Shown here: one piece after another, positions 16,744 to 26,629 of the stretch | Layout of the letters: the number at the start of each line of letters is the position of its first letter | Numbering within the stretch: the first letter of the stretch is position 1 | Assembly: GCF_000039765.1 (NCBI RefSeq) | Contig: NC_004459.3 | Location: forward strand, 2,211,127-2,243,126 | DNA from: Vibrio vulnificus CMCP6 | Lineage (GTDB): Bacteria > Pseudomonadota > Gammaproteobacteria > Enterobacterales > Vibrionaceae | DNA: 32,000 bases | Direction: 5' to 3' | Made by a program: the position numbers and the translations under genes | The notes under the pieces: model-generated | What the model was told of the DNA's origin: nothing | What the model saw: only the letters and a program-made list of their open reading frames with translations | Databases searched by the model: none

Positions 16744-19080
16744 ATGACAACGACCACGCATATCCTCGGCTATCCCCGTATCGGCGAAAAACGCGAACTC
16801 AAATTTGCCCAAGAAAAATATTGGCGCGGAGAAATCGACCAAGCTGAATTGAAAAAAGTCGGTGCGGAGCTGCGCCACAAAAACTGGCAAACTCAAGCCT
16901 CAGCAGGGCTTAGCTTTGCCGTTGCAGGGGACTTCGCATGGTATGACCATGTTCTAACCACCACCTTGTTGCTTGGCCATGTGCCAAAACGCCATCGTCA
17001 TGGCTTCCCTGATTTGGATACCTTGTTCCGAGTGGGCCGTGGTCAGTCGCAATCGAGCTGTGCGTGTCATGGTGCGGCGGCGTCAGACATGACGAAATGG
17101 TTCAACACCAACTATCACTACATCGTGCCAGAATTCAGTAAAGAGGACACCTTTGAAGTCAGCTGGCCGCAACTGTTTGAAGAAGTGAACGAAGCCGTAC
17201 AAGCTGGCCATAACGTAAAACCGGTGCTGCTTGGCCCACTGAGTTACCTCTACCTTGGGAAGGAAATTGAAGACGGATTTGACCGCTTAACACTGTTACC
17301 TCGTTTGCTCACCGCTTACCAAGCGATTTTGGCCAAGTTGGCCAAGCAAGGTGTTGAATGGGTGCAAATTGATGAACCTATTCTTGCACTTGAGTTGGAA
17401 AAGCCTTGGCTTGATGCATTTAAGCTTGCTTACCAAGTGATCCGCAGCGATGTAAAAGTGCTGCTGACCACCTATTTTGACTCTGTTGTAGATTCGCTTG
17501 ATCGCATTGTCGAGCTCTCAGTGGACGGCCTTCATGTCGACCTTTCTGCCGCACCTGAGCAGTTGGATGCGGTGCTGGCTAAGTTGCCGCAAAATTGGGT
17601 GCTGTCGCTTGGGGTTGTCAACGGTCGTAACGTGTGGCGCTCGGATGTCAAAGCGCAGCTAGAGCGCCTTCAGCCCGTGAAAGCAGCATTAGGCGAGCGC
17701 CTTTGGGTCGCCAGTTCATGTTCGCTGCTGCATTCTCCGGTGGATTTAGAGCTAGAAGCGGGTTTGTCTGCAGAAGTGCGTAGCTGGTTTGCTTTTGCTA
17801 AACAGAAAGTGTCGGAAGTGGTGCTCCTGGGTAAAGCGCTGGATGGAGATGCGGCGGCGATTGCACAGTGTGAGGCGTACAGCCAGCCAATCCAAGCACG
17901 CAAATCGGCTGCTCATGTACACAAAGCAACGGTACAGTCACGAGTCAATGCTATTACCGCAGAGCTTGCTCAGCGCAGTGTGCCTTATGCTGAGCGTGCG
18001 CGACACCAAGCTGAGGTGCTGCAGTTGCCACTATTACCAACCACCACCATTGGCTCTTTCCCGCAAACCAGCGAGATCCGTGTTCAGCGCAGTGCCTATC
18101 GCAGCGGTCAGCTTTCCTCGGCAGAGTATGAACAAGCGCTAAAAGGCCACATAGCGGATGCGGTCAAACGCCAAGAGGCGCTCGATCTCGATGTGCTTGT
18201 TCACGGCGAAGCGGAGCGCAACGACATGGTTGAGTATTTTGCTGAAAACCTGGCGGGCTTCCAAACCACGCAATTTGGTTGGGTGCAAAGCTACGGCTCG
18301 CGCTGCGTGAAACCGGCCATTGTGGTCGCGGATATTGAGCGCGAGCAGCCTATTACGGTGGGTTGGTCTACCTACGCCCAGTCGCTCACTTCAAAACAGA
18401 TGAAAGGCATGCTGACGGGCCCAGTCACAATTCTATGCTGGACATTCCCACGTGAAGACATCAGCCGTAAAGCGATTGCCCAGCAACTGGCTTTGGCGCT
18501 TCGTGATGAAGTCTCGGATCTGCAAGATGCAGGCATCAACATCATTCAAATTGATGAACCTGCAATTCGTGAAGGTCTGCCACTGAAAAAACGTGATCAT
18601 CAAAACTACCTAGATTGGGCAGTCGAAGCGTTTCGCATTTCAGCGGCGAGTGCGAGGCCAGAAACGCAGATCCACACTCACATGTGTTACAGCGAGTTCA
18701 ATGAAATCATTGAGTCGGTGGCGGCATTGGATGCGGATGTGATTACCATTGAAACGTCACGCTCGAATATGGAACTGCTTAAAGCATTTGAAGAGTTCAA
18801 CTACCCGAATGAAATTGGCCCAGGTGTGTATGATATCCATTCGCCAAACATTCCAAGCGAAGAGTGGATTGTCGATCTCGTGAAGAAAGCGGCGCAGAAG
18901 ATCCCAGTAGAGCGTTTGTGGGTAAACCCAGACTGCGGATTGAAAACACGCAACTGGCCAGAAACCGAAGCCGCGTTGGCAAACTTGGTGTCTGCAGCAA
19001 AACGTTTGAGAAAAGAGTTCGCCAAGGAGACTACCGCTGTGAATAGCGAGGCAGTGGCAGACGTAGAAACGGAAGCCTAA
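16744..19080 (+). CDS. metE: 5-methyltetrahydropteroyltriglutamate-homocysteine methyltransferase (cobalamin-independent methionine synthase)
   Basis: '[26 protein letters not shown]', '[23 protein letters not shown]', '[14 protein letters not shown]', '[29 protein letters not shown]', '[13 protein letters not shown]' and '[12 protein letters not shown]'. Internal ATG 16744 with upstream AAGGAAT is preferred over the track start at 16654. Confidence 0.97.
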   Translation: MTTTTHILGYPRIGEKRELKFAQEKYWRGEIDQAELKKVGAELRHKNWQTQASAGLSFAVAGDFAWYDHVLTTTLLLGHVPKRHRHGFPDLDTLFRVGRGQSQSSCACHGAAASDMTKWFNTNYHYIVPEFSKEDTFEVSWPQLFEEVNEAVQAGHNVKPVLLGPLSYLYLGKEIEDGFDRLTLLPRLLTAYQAILAKLAKQGVEWVQIDEPILALELEKPWLDAFKLAYQVIRSDVKVLLTTYFDSVVDSLDRIVELSVDGLHVDLSAAPEQLDAVLAKLPQNWVLSLGVVNGRNVWRSDVKAQLERLQPVKAALGERLWVASSCSLLHSPVDLELEAGLSAEVRSWFAFAKQKVSEVVLLGKALDGDAAAIAQCEAYSQPIQARKSAAHVHKATVQSRVNAITAELAQRSVPYAERARHQAEVLQLPLLPTTTIGSFPQTSEIRVQRSAYRSGQLSSAEYEQALKGHIADAVKRQEALDLDVLVHGEAERNDMVEYFAENLAGFQTTQFGWVQSYGSRCVKPAIVVADIEREQPITVGWSTYAQSLTSKQMKGMLTGPVTILCWTFPREDISRKAIAQQLALALRDEVSDLQDAGINIIQIDEPAIREGLPLKKRDHQNYLDWAVEAFRISAASARPETQIHTHMCYSEFNEIIESVAALDADVITIETSRSNMELLKAFEEFNYPNEIGPGVYDIHSPNIPSEEWIVDLVKKAAQKIPVERLWVNPDCGLKTRNWPETEAALANLVSAAKRLRKEFAKETTAVNSEAVADVETEA

Positions 19081-19116
19081 AGCGAGCGCGTAAAGAGACC
19101 GAATGAGTCATAAAAC

Positions 19117-19148
19117 AAAAGGGGTTGGCATAGTGCCAACCCCTTTTT
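19117..19148. terminator. Intrinsic terminator between metE and pta
   Basis: AAAAGGGGTTGGCA-tag-TGCCAACCCCTTTTT: 14-bp perfect stem including the A/T tracts; serves both convergent genes. Confidence 0.93.
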
Positions 19149-19198
19149 CGTTCTATCGCTGCTCAGTCTTACTGACAAGAGACAAAAGATTCAGTGGA

Positions 19199-21343
19199 TT
19201 ATTTCTGATCTTGAGTCGCTTGGATTGCAGTTAGAGCGATGGTGTAGACGATATCGTCGACTAGCGCGCCACGAGACAGGTCGTTTACCGGCTTGCGCAT
19301 ACCTTGCAGCATTGGACCGATAGAAACAAGGTCGGCTGAACGTTGTACCGCTTTGTAAGTCGTGTTACCCGTGTTGAGGTCTGGGAATACGAATACGGTC
19401 GCTTTACCTGCTACTGGAGAGTTAGGCGCTTTAGACGCTGCCACGTTTTCCATGATCGCTGCGTCGTACTGCAGAGGACCGTCGATGATCAGATCAGGAC
19501 GTTTCTCTTGAGCCAGTTTGGTCGCTTCACGTACTTTATCAACGTCTGCACCCTTACCAGACTCACCAGTAGAGTAAGAGATCATTGCTACGCGTGGGTC
19601 GATACCAAAGGCTGCAGCAGAATCCGCAGATTGAATCGCGATTTCTGCAAGCTGTTCTGCCGTTGGATCCGGGTTGATCGCACAGTCACCGTAAACCAGT
19701 ACTTGATCAGGCAGAAGCATGAAGAATACAGAAGATACGATAGACGCATTTGGTGCTGTCTTGATGATTTGGAACGGAGGAACGATGGTGTTTGCCGTCG
19801 TGTGAACCGCACCAGATACTAGACCGTCAACTTCATCGTTCTCAAGCATCATAGTGCCTAGGAACACAGAATCTTGAAGCTTCTCACGAGCGACAACTTC
19901 CGTCATGCCTTTCGAGCCACGTAGCTCAACAAGACGAGCAACGTAGTTTTCGCGAATCGCGTCTGCATCGATGATCTTAACGCCAGCACCTAGTTCAACA
20001 CCTTGCTGTGCGGCCACGCGCTTGATCTCTTCAGGGTTACCTAGCAGCACACATTCTGCGATACCGCGTTCAGCACAGATCGCTGCCGCTTTCACAGTAC
20101 GTGGCTCGTCACCTTCAGGAAGAACGATGCGTTTACCCGCTTTACGAGCAAGCTCAGTCAACTGGTAACGGAATGCTGGAGGACTTAGACGACGAGAACG
20201 CTCAGTACCTTCTGTCATTGACTCAATCCAGTTGCCATCGATGTGACCTGCAACGTGGTCATTGATGAACTCGATACGCTCTTTATCGTCTGCAGGTACT
20301 TCTAGGCTGAAGCTCTGTAGATTGAGCGAAGTCTGCCAAGTGTTACCTTGTGCTTTGAAAATTGGAAGGCCACTTTCAAACGCTGGCTTACATAGGTTTT
20401 CGATTTCTGTAGGAATATCGTAACCGCCAGTCAGAAGTACTGCGCCAATTTCAACACCATTCATTGCTGCTAGAGAGGCCGCAACGATAACATCTGGACG
20501 GTCTGCAGAAGTCACAAGCAGTGAGCCTGGTTTGAAGTGCTCAATCATGTGTGGCAGAGAACGTGCACAGAAGGTGATGCTCTTAATACGACGAGTGTTG
20601 ATGTCGCCTTCGTTGATCACTTCTGCTTTCAGGTGTTTCGCCATATCGATTGCGCGAGTTGCAATCAGGTTGATGCTCCATGGCACACAACCTAGAACGC
20701 GAATTGGGCTAGAGTTGAAGATTTGCATCACTTCTAGCTGGTTTTGTTTCGCGCTGTCTGCGTCATCGAAGATCTCTGATAGATCAGGACGCGTACGGCC
20801 TGCTTCATCAACTGGCGCGTTTAGCTTGTTGATGATAACACCAGAGATGTTTTTGTTTTTCGTGCCACCGAAGTTTGAACAAGCCACTTCGATACGCTCT
20901 TTTAGCTGTGCTGGGTTGTCAGTGCCTGGGGTCGCCACAAGAACAATTTCAGCACCAAGTGTTGCTGCGATTTCCGCGTTCACTTGGTTAGCAAATGGGT
21001 GCTTACGAGTAGGAACAAGACCTTCGATTAGCGTAACGTCTGCATCTTTATTAATTTGGTTGTAACGTTCTACAACCGTTTCTAGCAGTTCGTCCATGTT
21101 GTCGTTACCGATTAGGTTCTCAGCAACAGACATCAATAGGGGTTCGCCAATCTTCATATCGCTGTTTGCGCCAACGATAGTGGTAGTAAGATCAGGAAGA
21201 TCACCGCCGCTACGTGGTTGTGCGATAGGCTTGTAGAAAGAAACTTTAACGCCTTTGCGCTCCATAGCGCGAAGAACACCCATGCTTACGCTAGTAAGAC
21301 CAACACCAGCACTCGCAGGGATAAGCATAATAGTACGGGACAT
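19199..21343 (-). CDS. pta: Phosphate acetyltransferase, long form
   Basis: 714 aa. N-terminal P-loop-like '[31 protein letters not shown]', C-terminal PTA domain '[24 protein letters not shown]', '[20 protein letters not shown]' and '[19 protein letters not shown]'. Confidence 0.97.
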   Translation of the reverse strand: MSRTIMLIPASAGVGLTSVSMGVLRAMERKGVKVSFYKPIAQPRSGGDLPDLTTTIVGANSDMKIGEPLLMSVAENLIGNDNMDELLETVVERYNQINKDADVTLIEGLVPTRKHPFANQVNAEIAATLGAEIVLVATPGTDNPAQLKERIEVACSNFGGTKNKNISGVIINKLNAPVDEAGRTRPDLSEIFDDADSAKQNQLEVMQIFNSSPIRVLGCVPWSINLIATRAIDMAKHLKAEVINEGDINTRRIKSITFCARSLPHMIEHFKPGSLLVTSADRPDVIVAASLAAMNGVEIGAVLLTGGYDIPTEIENLCKPAFESGLPIFKAQGNTWQTSLNLQSFSLEVPADDKERIEFINDHVAGHIDGNWIESMTEGTERSRRLSPPAFRYQLTELARKAGKRIVLPEGDEPRTVKAAAICAERGIAECVLLGNPEEIKRVAAQQGVELGAGVKIIDADAIRENYVARLVELRGSKGMTEVVAREKLQDSVFLGTMMLENDEVDGLVSGAVHTTANTIVPPFQIIKTAPNASIVSSVFFMLLPDQVLVYGDCAINPDPTAEQLAEIAIQSADSAAAFGIDPRVAMISYSTGESGKGADVDKVREATKLAQEKRPDLIIDGPLQYDAAIMENVAASKAPNSPVAGKATVFVFPDLNTGNTTYKAVQRSADLVSIGPMLQGMRKPVNDLSRGALVDDIVYTIALTAIQATQDQK

Positions 21344-21481
21344 CAGAGAAAGTACCTTTAACTATTGGGGGATTTAAAGCTTTACTGCTTATGGTTTGGC
21401 GAACCAAACAATAGAAGTGAAGCCCAAGATTCTTTATCAAAAAGAAATCTGGCTAGCCCGAAGGCTAGCCAGAGAAGTCAA

Positions 21482-22678
21482 TTAAAGACCTGCTAGGCGA
21501 GCAGTGTCTTCTGCAATAACAAGCTCTTCGTTAGTCGAGATAACCATTGCTGGGATACGGCTGTTTGCTGTTGTGATAACGCCTTCACCGCCGAAACGTG
21601 CTTTTAGGTTTGCTTCGCTGTCAACTTCGATACCGAAGATGCCTAGGCGGTTAAGAACCATTTCACGGATAGGCGCAGAGTTTTCACCGATACCACCAGT
21701 GAAAGTGATTGCGTCTAGACGGCCTTCTAGAGTTGCCGTGTAACCAGCAACGTATTTCGCTAGGCGGTGGCAGAATACGTCCATCGCACGAGTTGCTTCT
21801 TCTTTTTGACCGTAGTTGTCTTCAACGAAACGACAGTCAGAAGTCACTTCAGTTAGACCAGCAAGGCCAGACTCTTTGGTTAGCATCGTGTTGATTTTCT
21901 CAACAGAGTAGCCAAGAGTGTCGTGTAGGTGGAAGATGATCGCAGGATCGATGTCACCACAACGAGTACCCATTACTAGACCTTCAAGTGGCGTTAGACC
22001 CATTGAAGTATCAACAGATTGGCCGTTCTTCACTGCACAAACAGACGCACCGTTACCTAGGTGACAGTTGATGATGTTTACTTCTTCAACTGGCTTGTTT
22101 AGTAGGCTTGCAACTTCACGAGTGATGAATAGGTGTGAAGTACCGTGCATGCCGTAACGACGGATACCGTGCTCTTTGTAAAGGTTGTATGGAAGTGCGT
22201 ATAGGTACGCTTCTTCTGGCATAGTTTGGTGGAAAGCGGTGTCAAACACAGCAACGTTTTTCAGTGCTGGGAAAGATTTTTGAGCGGCTTTGATACCAAT
22301 GATGTGCGCAGGGTTGTGAAGAGGCGCAAGTGTTGCACAATCTTCAATACCTTTAAGAACTTCGTCAGTGATTAGAGCTGATTGAGTGAACTGCTCACCA
22401 CCGTGTACTACGCGGTGACCGATTGCAGCTAGGTTTTCAGAAAGCTCTGGCTTAGAAGCAAGAATAGTTTCTACCATGAACGCTAGTGCTTCTTCGTGTG
22501 CTGCACCGTTACCTAGTTGAGCTTCGTGCTTACCATCAAGTTTCCACTTGATGCGAGCTTCAGGAAGGTGAAGACATTCAGCAAGACCTGAAAGATGCTC
22601 TGCACCATTCTCAGCATCAACAACAGCAAATTTAAGAGAAGAACTACCGCAGTTTAAAACTAAAACTAGCTTAGACAT
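21482..22678 (-). CDS. ackA: Acetate kinase
   Basis: 398 aa. '[17 protein letters not shown]', '[12 protein letters not shown]', '[19 protein letters not shown]', '[40 protein letters not shown]' and '[15 protein letters not shown]'. Confidence 0.98.
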
Positions 22679-23019
22679 GTGTGACTACCTGTTATTCGTC
22701 TGATTAAAATCAGTAAGGATGAAAAATCATTCACAAGAATAGACGATGCAACCAAAGCTGCGCACTAATCTTGGTCAAAAAACTTTCAATTTCCGTATTT
22801 CTAAGAGAGAGGTGAACCCGTATCACCCCTTTGCGATCCATTGCAGAAGGTCTTCAGAGTTGCTTAAATTGTAAATAACAGCAACAATGAGATTGAGGGT
22901 CTGCAAAGGATAGCGATAATAAGCAATGATAACAAAAAAAATTTGAAAGAATATTAACTTTCATCAATTTTTTGCGTTTTCAGTTGAAATCTTCAACTAA
23001 TTTTTAGTGAGAGAGCAGT

Positions 23020-23472
23020 ATGAACAATAAAGTCGGACTTGCCCACAGTCTGCGAGACGGGCAAAAGTACATGGATACTTGGCCGATGCGCAAAGAGCTG
23101 AGTGCCATTTTTCCTGAACAACGGATTATCAAAGCAACGCGTTTTGGCATTAAAGTGATGCCAGCGATAGCAGCCATCAGCGTCCTGACTCAAATGGCGT
23201 TCAACAATTATCAAGCTCTGCCTCAAGCGATTGTCATGGCTTTATTTGCACTGAGTTTGCCTTTGCAAGGAATGTGGTGGTTAGGCCATCGTTCCAATAC
23301 TCAACTGCCACCAGCACTGGCTACGTGGTATCGAGAATTGCATCAGAAAATTGTCGAAAGTGGTTCGGCACTAGAACCGCTTAAATCCCGACCTCGCTAC
23401 AAAGAGTTGGCGCATACCTTAAACCGCGCTTTCCGTCACTTAGATAAATCCGCGCTCGAGCGTTGGTTCTAA
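23020..23472 (+). CDS. yfbV: YfbV-type (UPF0208) membrane protein
   Basis: 150 aa. '[49 protein letters not shown]' with the characteristic placement next to ackA-pta. Confidence 0.93.
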
Positions 23473-23499
23473 GTTTCCACTTGTTCAAAAAAGATCGTT

Positions 23500-23531
23500 A
23501 ACGGGCAGCCAATCGGGTTGCCCGTTTTGTT
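23500..23531 (+). terminator. Intrinsic terminator downstream of yfbV
   Basis: AACGGGCA(GCC)...(GGT)TGCCCGTT followed by TTGTTTTT: 8 bp perfect plus three more pairs including one G-U. Confidence 0.88.
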
Positions 23532-23736
23532 TTTGCCCGCTGAGTGACCGTCATTTATCTCTCGTTTTGTTGTATTTCTGTTAAATCCTGCTTTCCTAAT
23601 AGAGAAGTTGCTGGTAATAATGTCATTCAGATGTACAAAAAGTGCACAAAAATAATTGCTTAACCTTACTCATCCAGAGTGGAGGTTTCGTGATACCACA
23701 CAACATCTCAACCTATGCTGAATTCAAGGAGTCAAG

Positions 23737-24702
23737 ATGAAAGCAGGAAAACTGATCGCCACGGCTGTTCTTGCCGGTGCTGCTTTAATTTCTTCCCATT
23801 CTGTGATGGCAAAAACTGCCAAAGTTGCCGTTTCACAAATCGTTGAACACCCCGCACTTGATGCCACCCGACAAGGCCTTTTAGATGGACTAAAAGCAAA
23901 AGGGTATGTCGAAGGAGAAAACCTCGAGTTTGATTACAAAACGGCGCAAGGTAACCCAGCGATTGCGGTACAAATTGCTCGTCAGTTTGTCGGGGAAAGC
24001 CCGGATGTCTTAGTTGGTATCGCAACCCCAACGGCTCAAGCATTGGTCTCGGCCACGCGCTCTATTCCAGTTGTATTTACTGCTGTTACTGATCCTGTAG
24101 GCGCTAAACTGGTGAAATCCATGGAGCAACCGGGGAAAAACGTCACTGGTCTTTCCGATCTTTCACCAGTATCTCAGCACGTTGACCTTATTAAAGAGCT
24201 GTTGCCTAATGCCAAAGCGATTGGCGTGGTGTACAACCCAGGCGAAGCAAACGCGGTTACTTTGGTTGAGCTATTGAAGAAAAGCGCGGCAGAAAAAGGT
24301 TTAAAGGTGGTGGAGTCGACCGCATTAAAAAGTGCGGATGTGCAATCTGCGACTCAAGCGATTGCTGCGAAATCTGACGTGATTTACGCTCCGACGGATA
24401 ACACAGTGGCCAGTGCGATTGAAGGGATGATTGTCGCGGCCAATCAAGCGAAAAAACCAGTATTTGGTGGTGCAACTTCCTATGTTGAGAAAGGGGCAAT
24501 CGCAGGCTTAGGCTTCGATTACTACCAAGTTGGCGTGCAAACGGCGGATTACGTTGCTGCGATCTTGGAAGGTCAAGAGCCAGGTAAGCTCGACGTAAAA
24601 GTGGCTACTGGATCAGATCTTGTTGTGAATCAAGGCACTGCAGAGAAATTAGGTATTACTATTCCAGCCTCTGTGCTTTCTCGAGCCACAGACATCAAAT
24701 AA
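23737..24702 (+). CDS. ABC transporter periplasmic substrate-binding protein (ABC_sub_bind / PF04392-like)
   Basis: Signal peptide 'MKAGKLIATAVLAGAALISSHSVMA', then 'VAVSQIVEHPALDATRQGLLDGLKAKGYVEGENLEFDYKTAQGNPAIAVQIARQFVGESPDVLVGIATPTAQAL'. Preceded by AAGGAG. Confidence 0.92.
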   Translation: MKAGKLIATAVLAGAALISSHSVMAKTAKVAVSQIVEHPALDATRQGLLDGLKAKGYVEGENLEFDYKTAQGNPAIAVQIARQFVGESPDVLVGIATPTAQALVSATRSIPVVFTAVTDPVGAKLVKSMEQPGKNVTGLSDLSPVSQHVDLIKELLPNAKAIGVVYNPGEANAVTLVELLKKSAAEKGLKVVESTALKSADVQSATQAIAAKSDVIYAPTDNTVASAIEGMIVAANQAKKPVFGGATSYVEKGAIAGLGFDYYQVGVQTADYVAAILEGQEPGKLDVKVATGSDLVVNQGTAEKLGITIPASVLSRATDIK

Positions 24703-24712
24703 AATCCTATCT

Positions 24713-24739
24713 AGGGCCGACGGAGATTCGGCCCTTTGT
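24713..24739 (+). terminator. Intercistronic hairpin between binding-protein and permease genes
   Basis: AGGGCCGA-cggagat-TCGGCCCT followed by TTGTT: 8-bp perfect GC-rich stem, weak U-tract. Confidence 0.65.
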
Positions 24740-24762
24740 TAGAGCAGAATAAAGGAGTTGCT

Positions 24763-25695
24763 ATGTCTGCTTTTGCGTTTTTCGGTGCGCTAGAAATTGG
24801 CTTACTTTACGGCTTAGTTGCCTTAGGTGTTTACTTAACCTTTAGGGTTCTCGATTTTCCGGATTTGAGTGTGGATGGCAGTTTTCCTATGGGTGCTGCG
24901 GTTGCGGCAACCGCTATCGTTGCGGGTGTGAATCCATGGCTAGCCACTGGGATGGCCATTCTTGCTGGTGCGATGACGGGTTGGGTGACCGCTTTTTTGG
25001 CGGTGCGCTGCGGTATTCTTCATCTTTTGGCTTCCATCCTAACCATGATTGCGGCGTTCTCAATCAACATTCGTATTATGGGGCGACCAAACTTGGCGTT
25101 ATTGGGGGAAGAGACCATTTTGACCCCATTTGAAAGCTTGGGTGATCCCATGTTCATCCGTCCACTGGTGGTCGGTATTCTCGTTTTGATCTCCTCTTGG
25201 TTGGTGGTGCGACTGCTCAACAGTGATTTTGGCTTAGGCTTACGCGCCACGGGCGTTAACGCACGTATGGTGCGCGCTCAAGGTGGTAGCACCTCTTTTT
25301 ACACCTATTTTGGTCTTGCGCTGTCGAATGGCTTCGTCGGTTTCGCTGGTGCGTTATTTGCGCAAACCAACAGTTTTGCCGATGTGACGTCGGGTGTCGG
25401 GACTATCGTGGTGGGTTTGGCAGCGGTGATTCTGGGGCAAACGTTGATTCCGGGACGAAAAATTTGGGTTGCCGTTGTTGCGGTCATCGTCGGCTCAGTG
25501 CTTTACCGTTTGGCGGTGGCTTTTGCGCTAAGTTCTGGCATGTTTGGTCTGCAAGCGTCGGATCTCAATTTAGTCACGGCAGTGCTGGTTGCCATCGCGT
25601 TGATTGCGCCAAAACTAAAAGGAAACATGGCGATAAAAAAGCCCGTTAACTCAGGGGCGAGTAGTGGTAAACAGAAGTCAGGAGGTGCACTATGA
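24763..25695 (+). CDS. ABC transporter permease
   Basis: Starts at ATG 24763 after AAAGGAG. Multi-pass protein with 'TFRVLDFPDLSVDGSFPMGAAVAATAIVAG', typical of branched-chain/PF04392-partner permeases. Confidence 0.92.
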   Translation: MSAFAFFGALEIGLLYGLVALGVYLTFRVLDFPDLSVDGSFPMGAAVAATAIVAGVNPWLATGMAILAGAMTGWVTAFLAVRCGILHLLASILTMIAAFSINIRIMGRPNLALLGEETILTPFESLGDPMFIRPLVVGILVLISSWLVVRLLNSDFGLGLRATGVNARMVRAQGGSTSFYTYFGLALSNGFVGFAGALFAQTNSFADVTSGVGTIVVGLAAVILGQTLIPGRKIWVAVVAVIVGSVLYRLAVAFALSSGMFGLQASDLNLVTAVLVAIALIAPKLKGNMAIKKPVNSGASSGKQKSGGAL

Positions 25696-26486
25696 TTCGT
25701 TTGGAAGATATTCAGGTCACCTTTAATCGAGGCACCATTCTAGAAAATCGTGCGCTACGTGGTGTCACGCTCGAAGTACCAGAGCATCAGTTTTTGACGG
25801 TGATAGGTTCTAACGGGGCGGGTAAATCGACCTTACTTGGCGCGGTGACAGGTGAAACCCCCATGGTGGGCGGCAAAGTATTGATCGATGACGTCGATGT
25901 GACATCACAAACGGTTGACCAACGCGCTTCTCTTTGTGCAAGGGTGTTCCAAGACCCGCTTGCAGGCACTTGTGGCGCGTTAACCATTGAAGAAAACATG
26001 GCGCTCGCGTACATGCGTGGAAAAAAGCGAGGTTGGCACTTATCGCTCTCAGCAAAGCGTCGCAAACTGTTCCAAGAGCGGATCAGCATTTTGGGGCTAG
26101 GGTTAGAAGATCGTTTGGGTGACAGTATTGGTCTTCTTTCTGGTGGACAACGTCAGGCAGTAAGCCTTGTGATGGCTACGTTGTCAGACAGCAAACTATT
26201 ACTGCTTGATGAGCATACTGCAGCACTTGATCCACGCATGGCGGCGTTCATCATTGATCTCACCAAACGTATCGTCAAAGAGTTTAACTTGACCGTTATG
26301 ATGGTGACGCACTCGATGAAAGATGCGTTGGCGTGTGGCGATCGCACGGTCATGCTGCACCAAGGTGAAATTGTGCTGGATGTCGCTGGTGAGCAGCGAG
26401 AGGGGATGCAGGTGAAAGATCTCCTCGAGATGTTCTCTAAAGTGCGTGGCGAAGAGTTGGCCGACGACAGCTTACTGCTCAATTAG
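25692..26486 (+). CDS. ABC transporter ATP-binding protein
   Basis: Walker A 'GSNGAGKSTLLG', signature 'LLSGGQRQAVSLVMA', Walker B 'LLLLDEHTAALDP', H-loop 'MVTHSM'. Start codon overlaps the permease stop (ATGA). Confidence 0.97.
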   Translation: MIRLEDIQVTFNRGTILENRALRGVTLEVPEHQFLTVIGSNGAGKSTLLGAVTGETPMVGGKVLIDDVDVTSQTVDQRASLCARVFQDPLAGTCGALTIEENMALAYMRGKKRGWHLSLSAKRRKLFQERISILGLGLEDRLGDSIGLLSGGQRQAVSLVMATLSDSKLLLLDEHTAALDPRMAAFIIDLTKRIVKEFNLTVMMVTHSMKDALACGDRTVMLHQGEIVLDVAGEQREGMQVKDLLEMFSKVRGEELADDSLLLN

Positions 26487-26565
26487 TTTTTTCTCTACGC
26501 CCTCGCTATCCTCCTACCGATTGTGATCTCCCCTTGAAAAATAACGTGATTTTTATTTCTCAAGG

Positions 26566-26575
26566 GGGGATGTCG
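26566..26575 (+). promoter_or_regulatory. Possible MalT-box-like element upstream of the GH13 gene
   Basis: GGGGATGTCG matches 8/10 of GGGGA(T/G)GAGG. It is also one arm of an imperfect inverted repeat (TCTCCCCTTG 26527-26536 / CAAGGGGGGA 26561-26570). Confidence 0.25.
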
Positions 26576-26629
26576 CTCAGCGCTGTGCTTTTAGAATGGT
26601 ATGAAATACCGATTAAAAGAGTACTCGCA

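Noticed and set aside
19343-21065. + strand ORFs of 159 aa and 177 aa within pta
   Set aside because: They are antisense to pta, which is convincingly coding; no RBS or domain signature.
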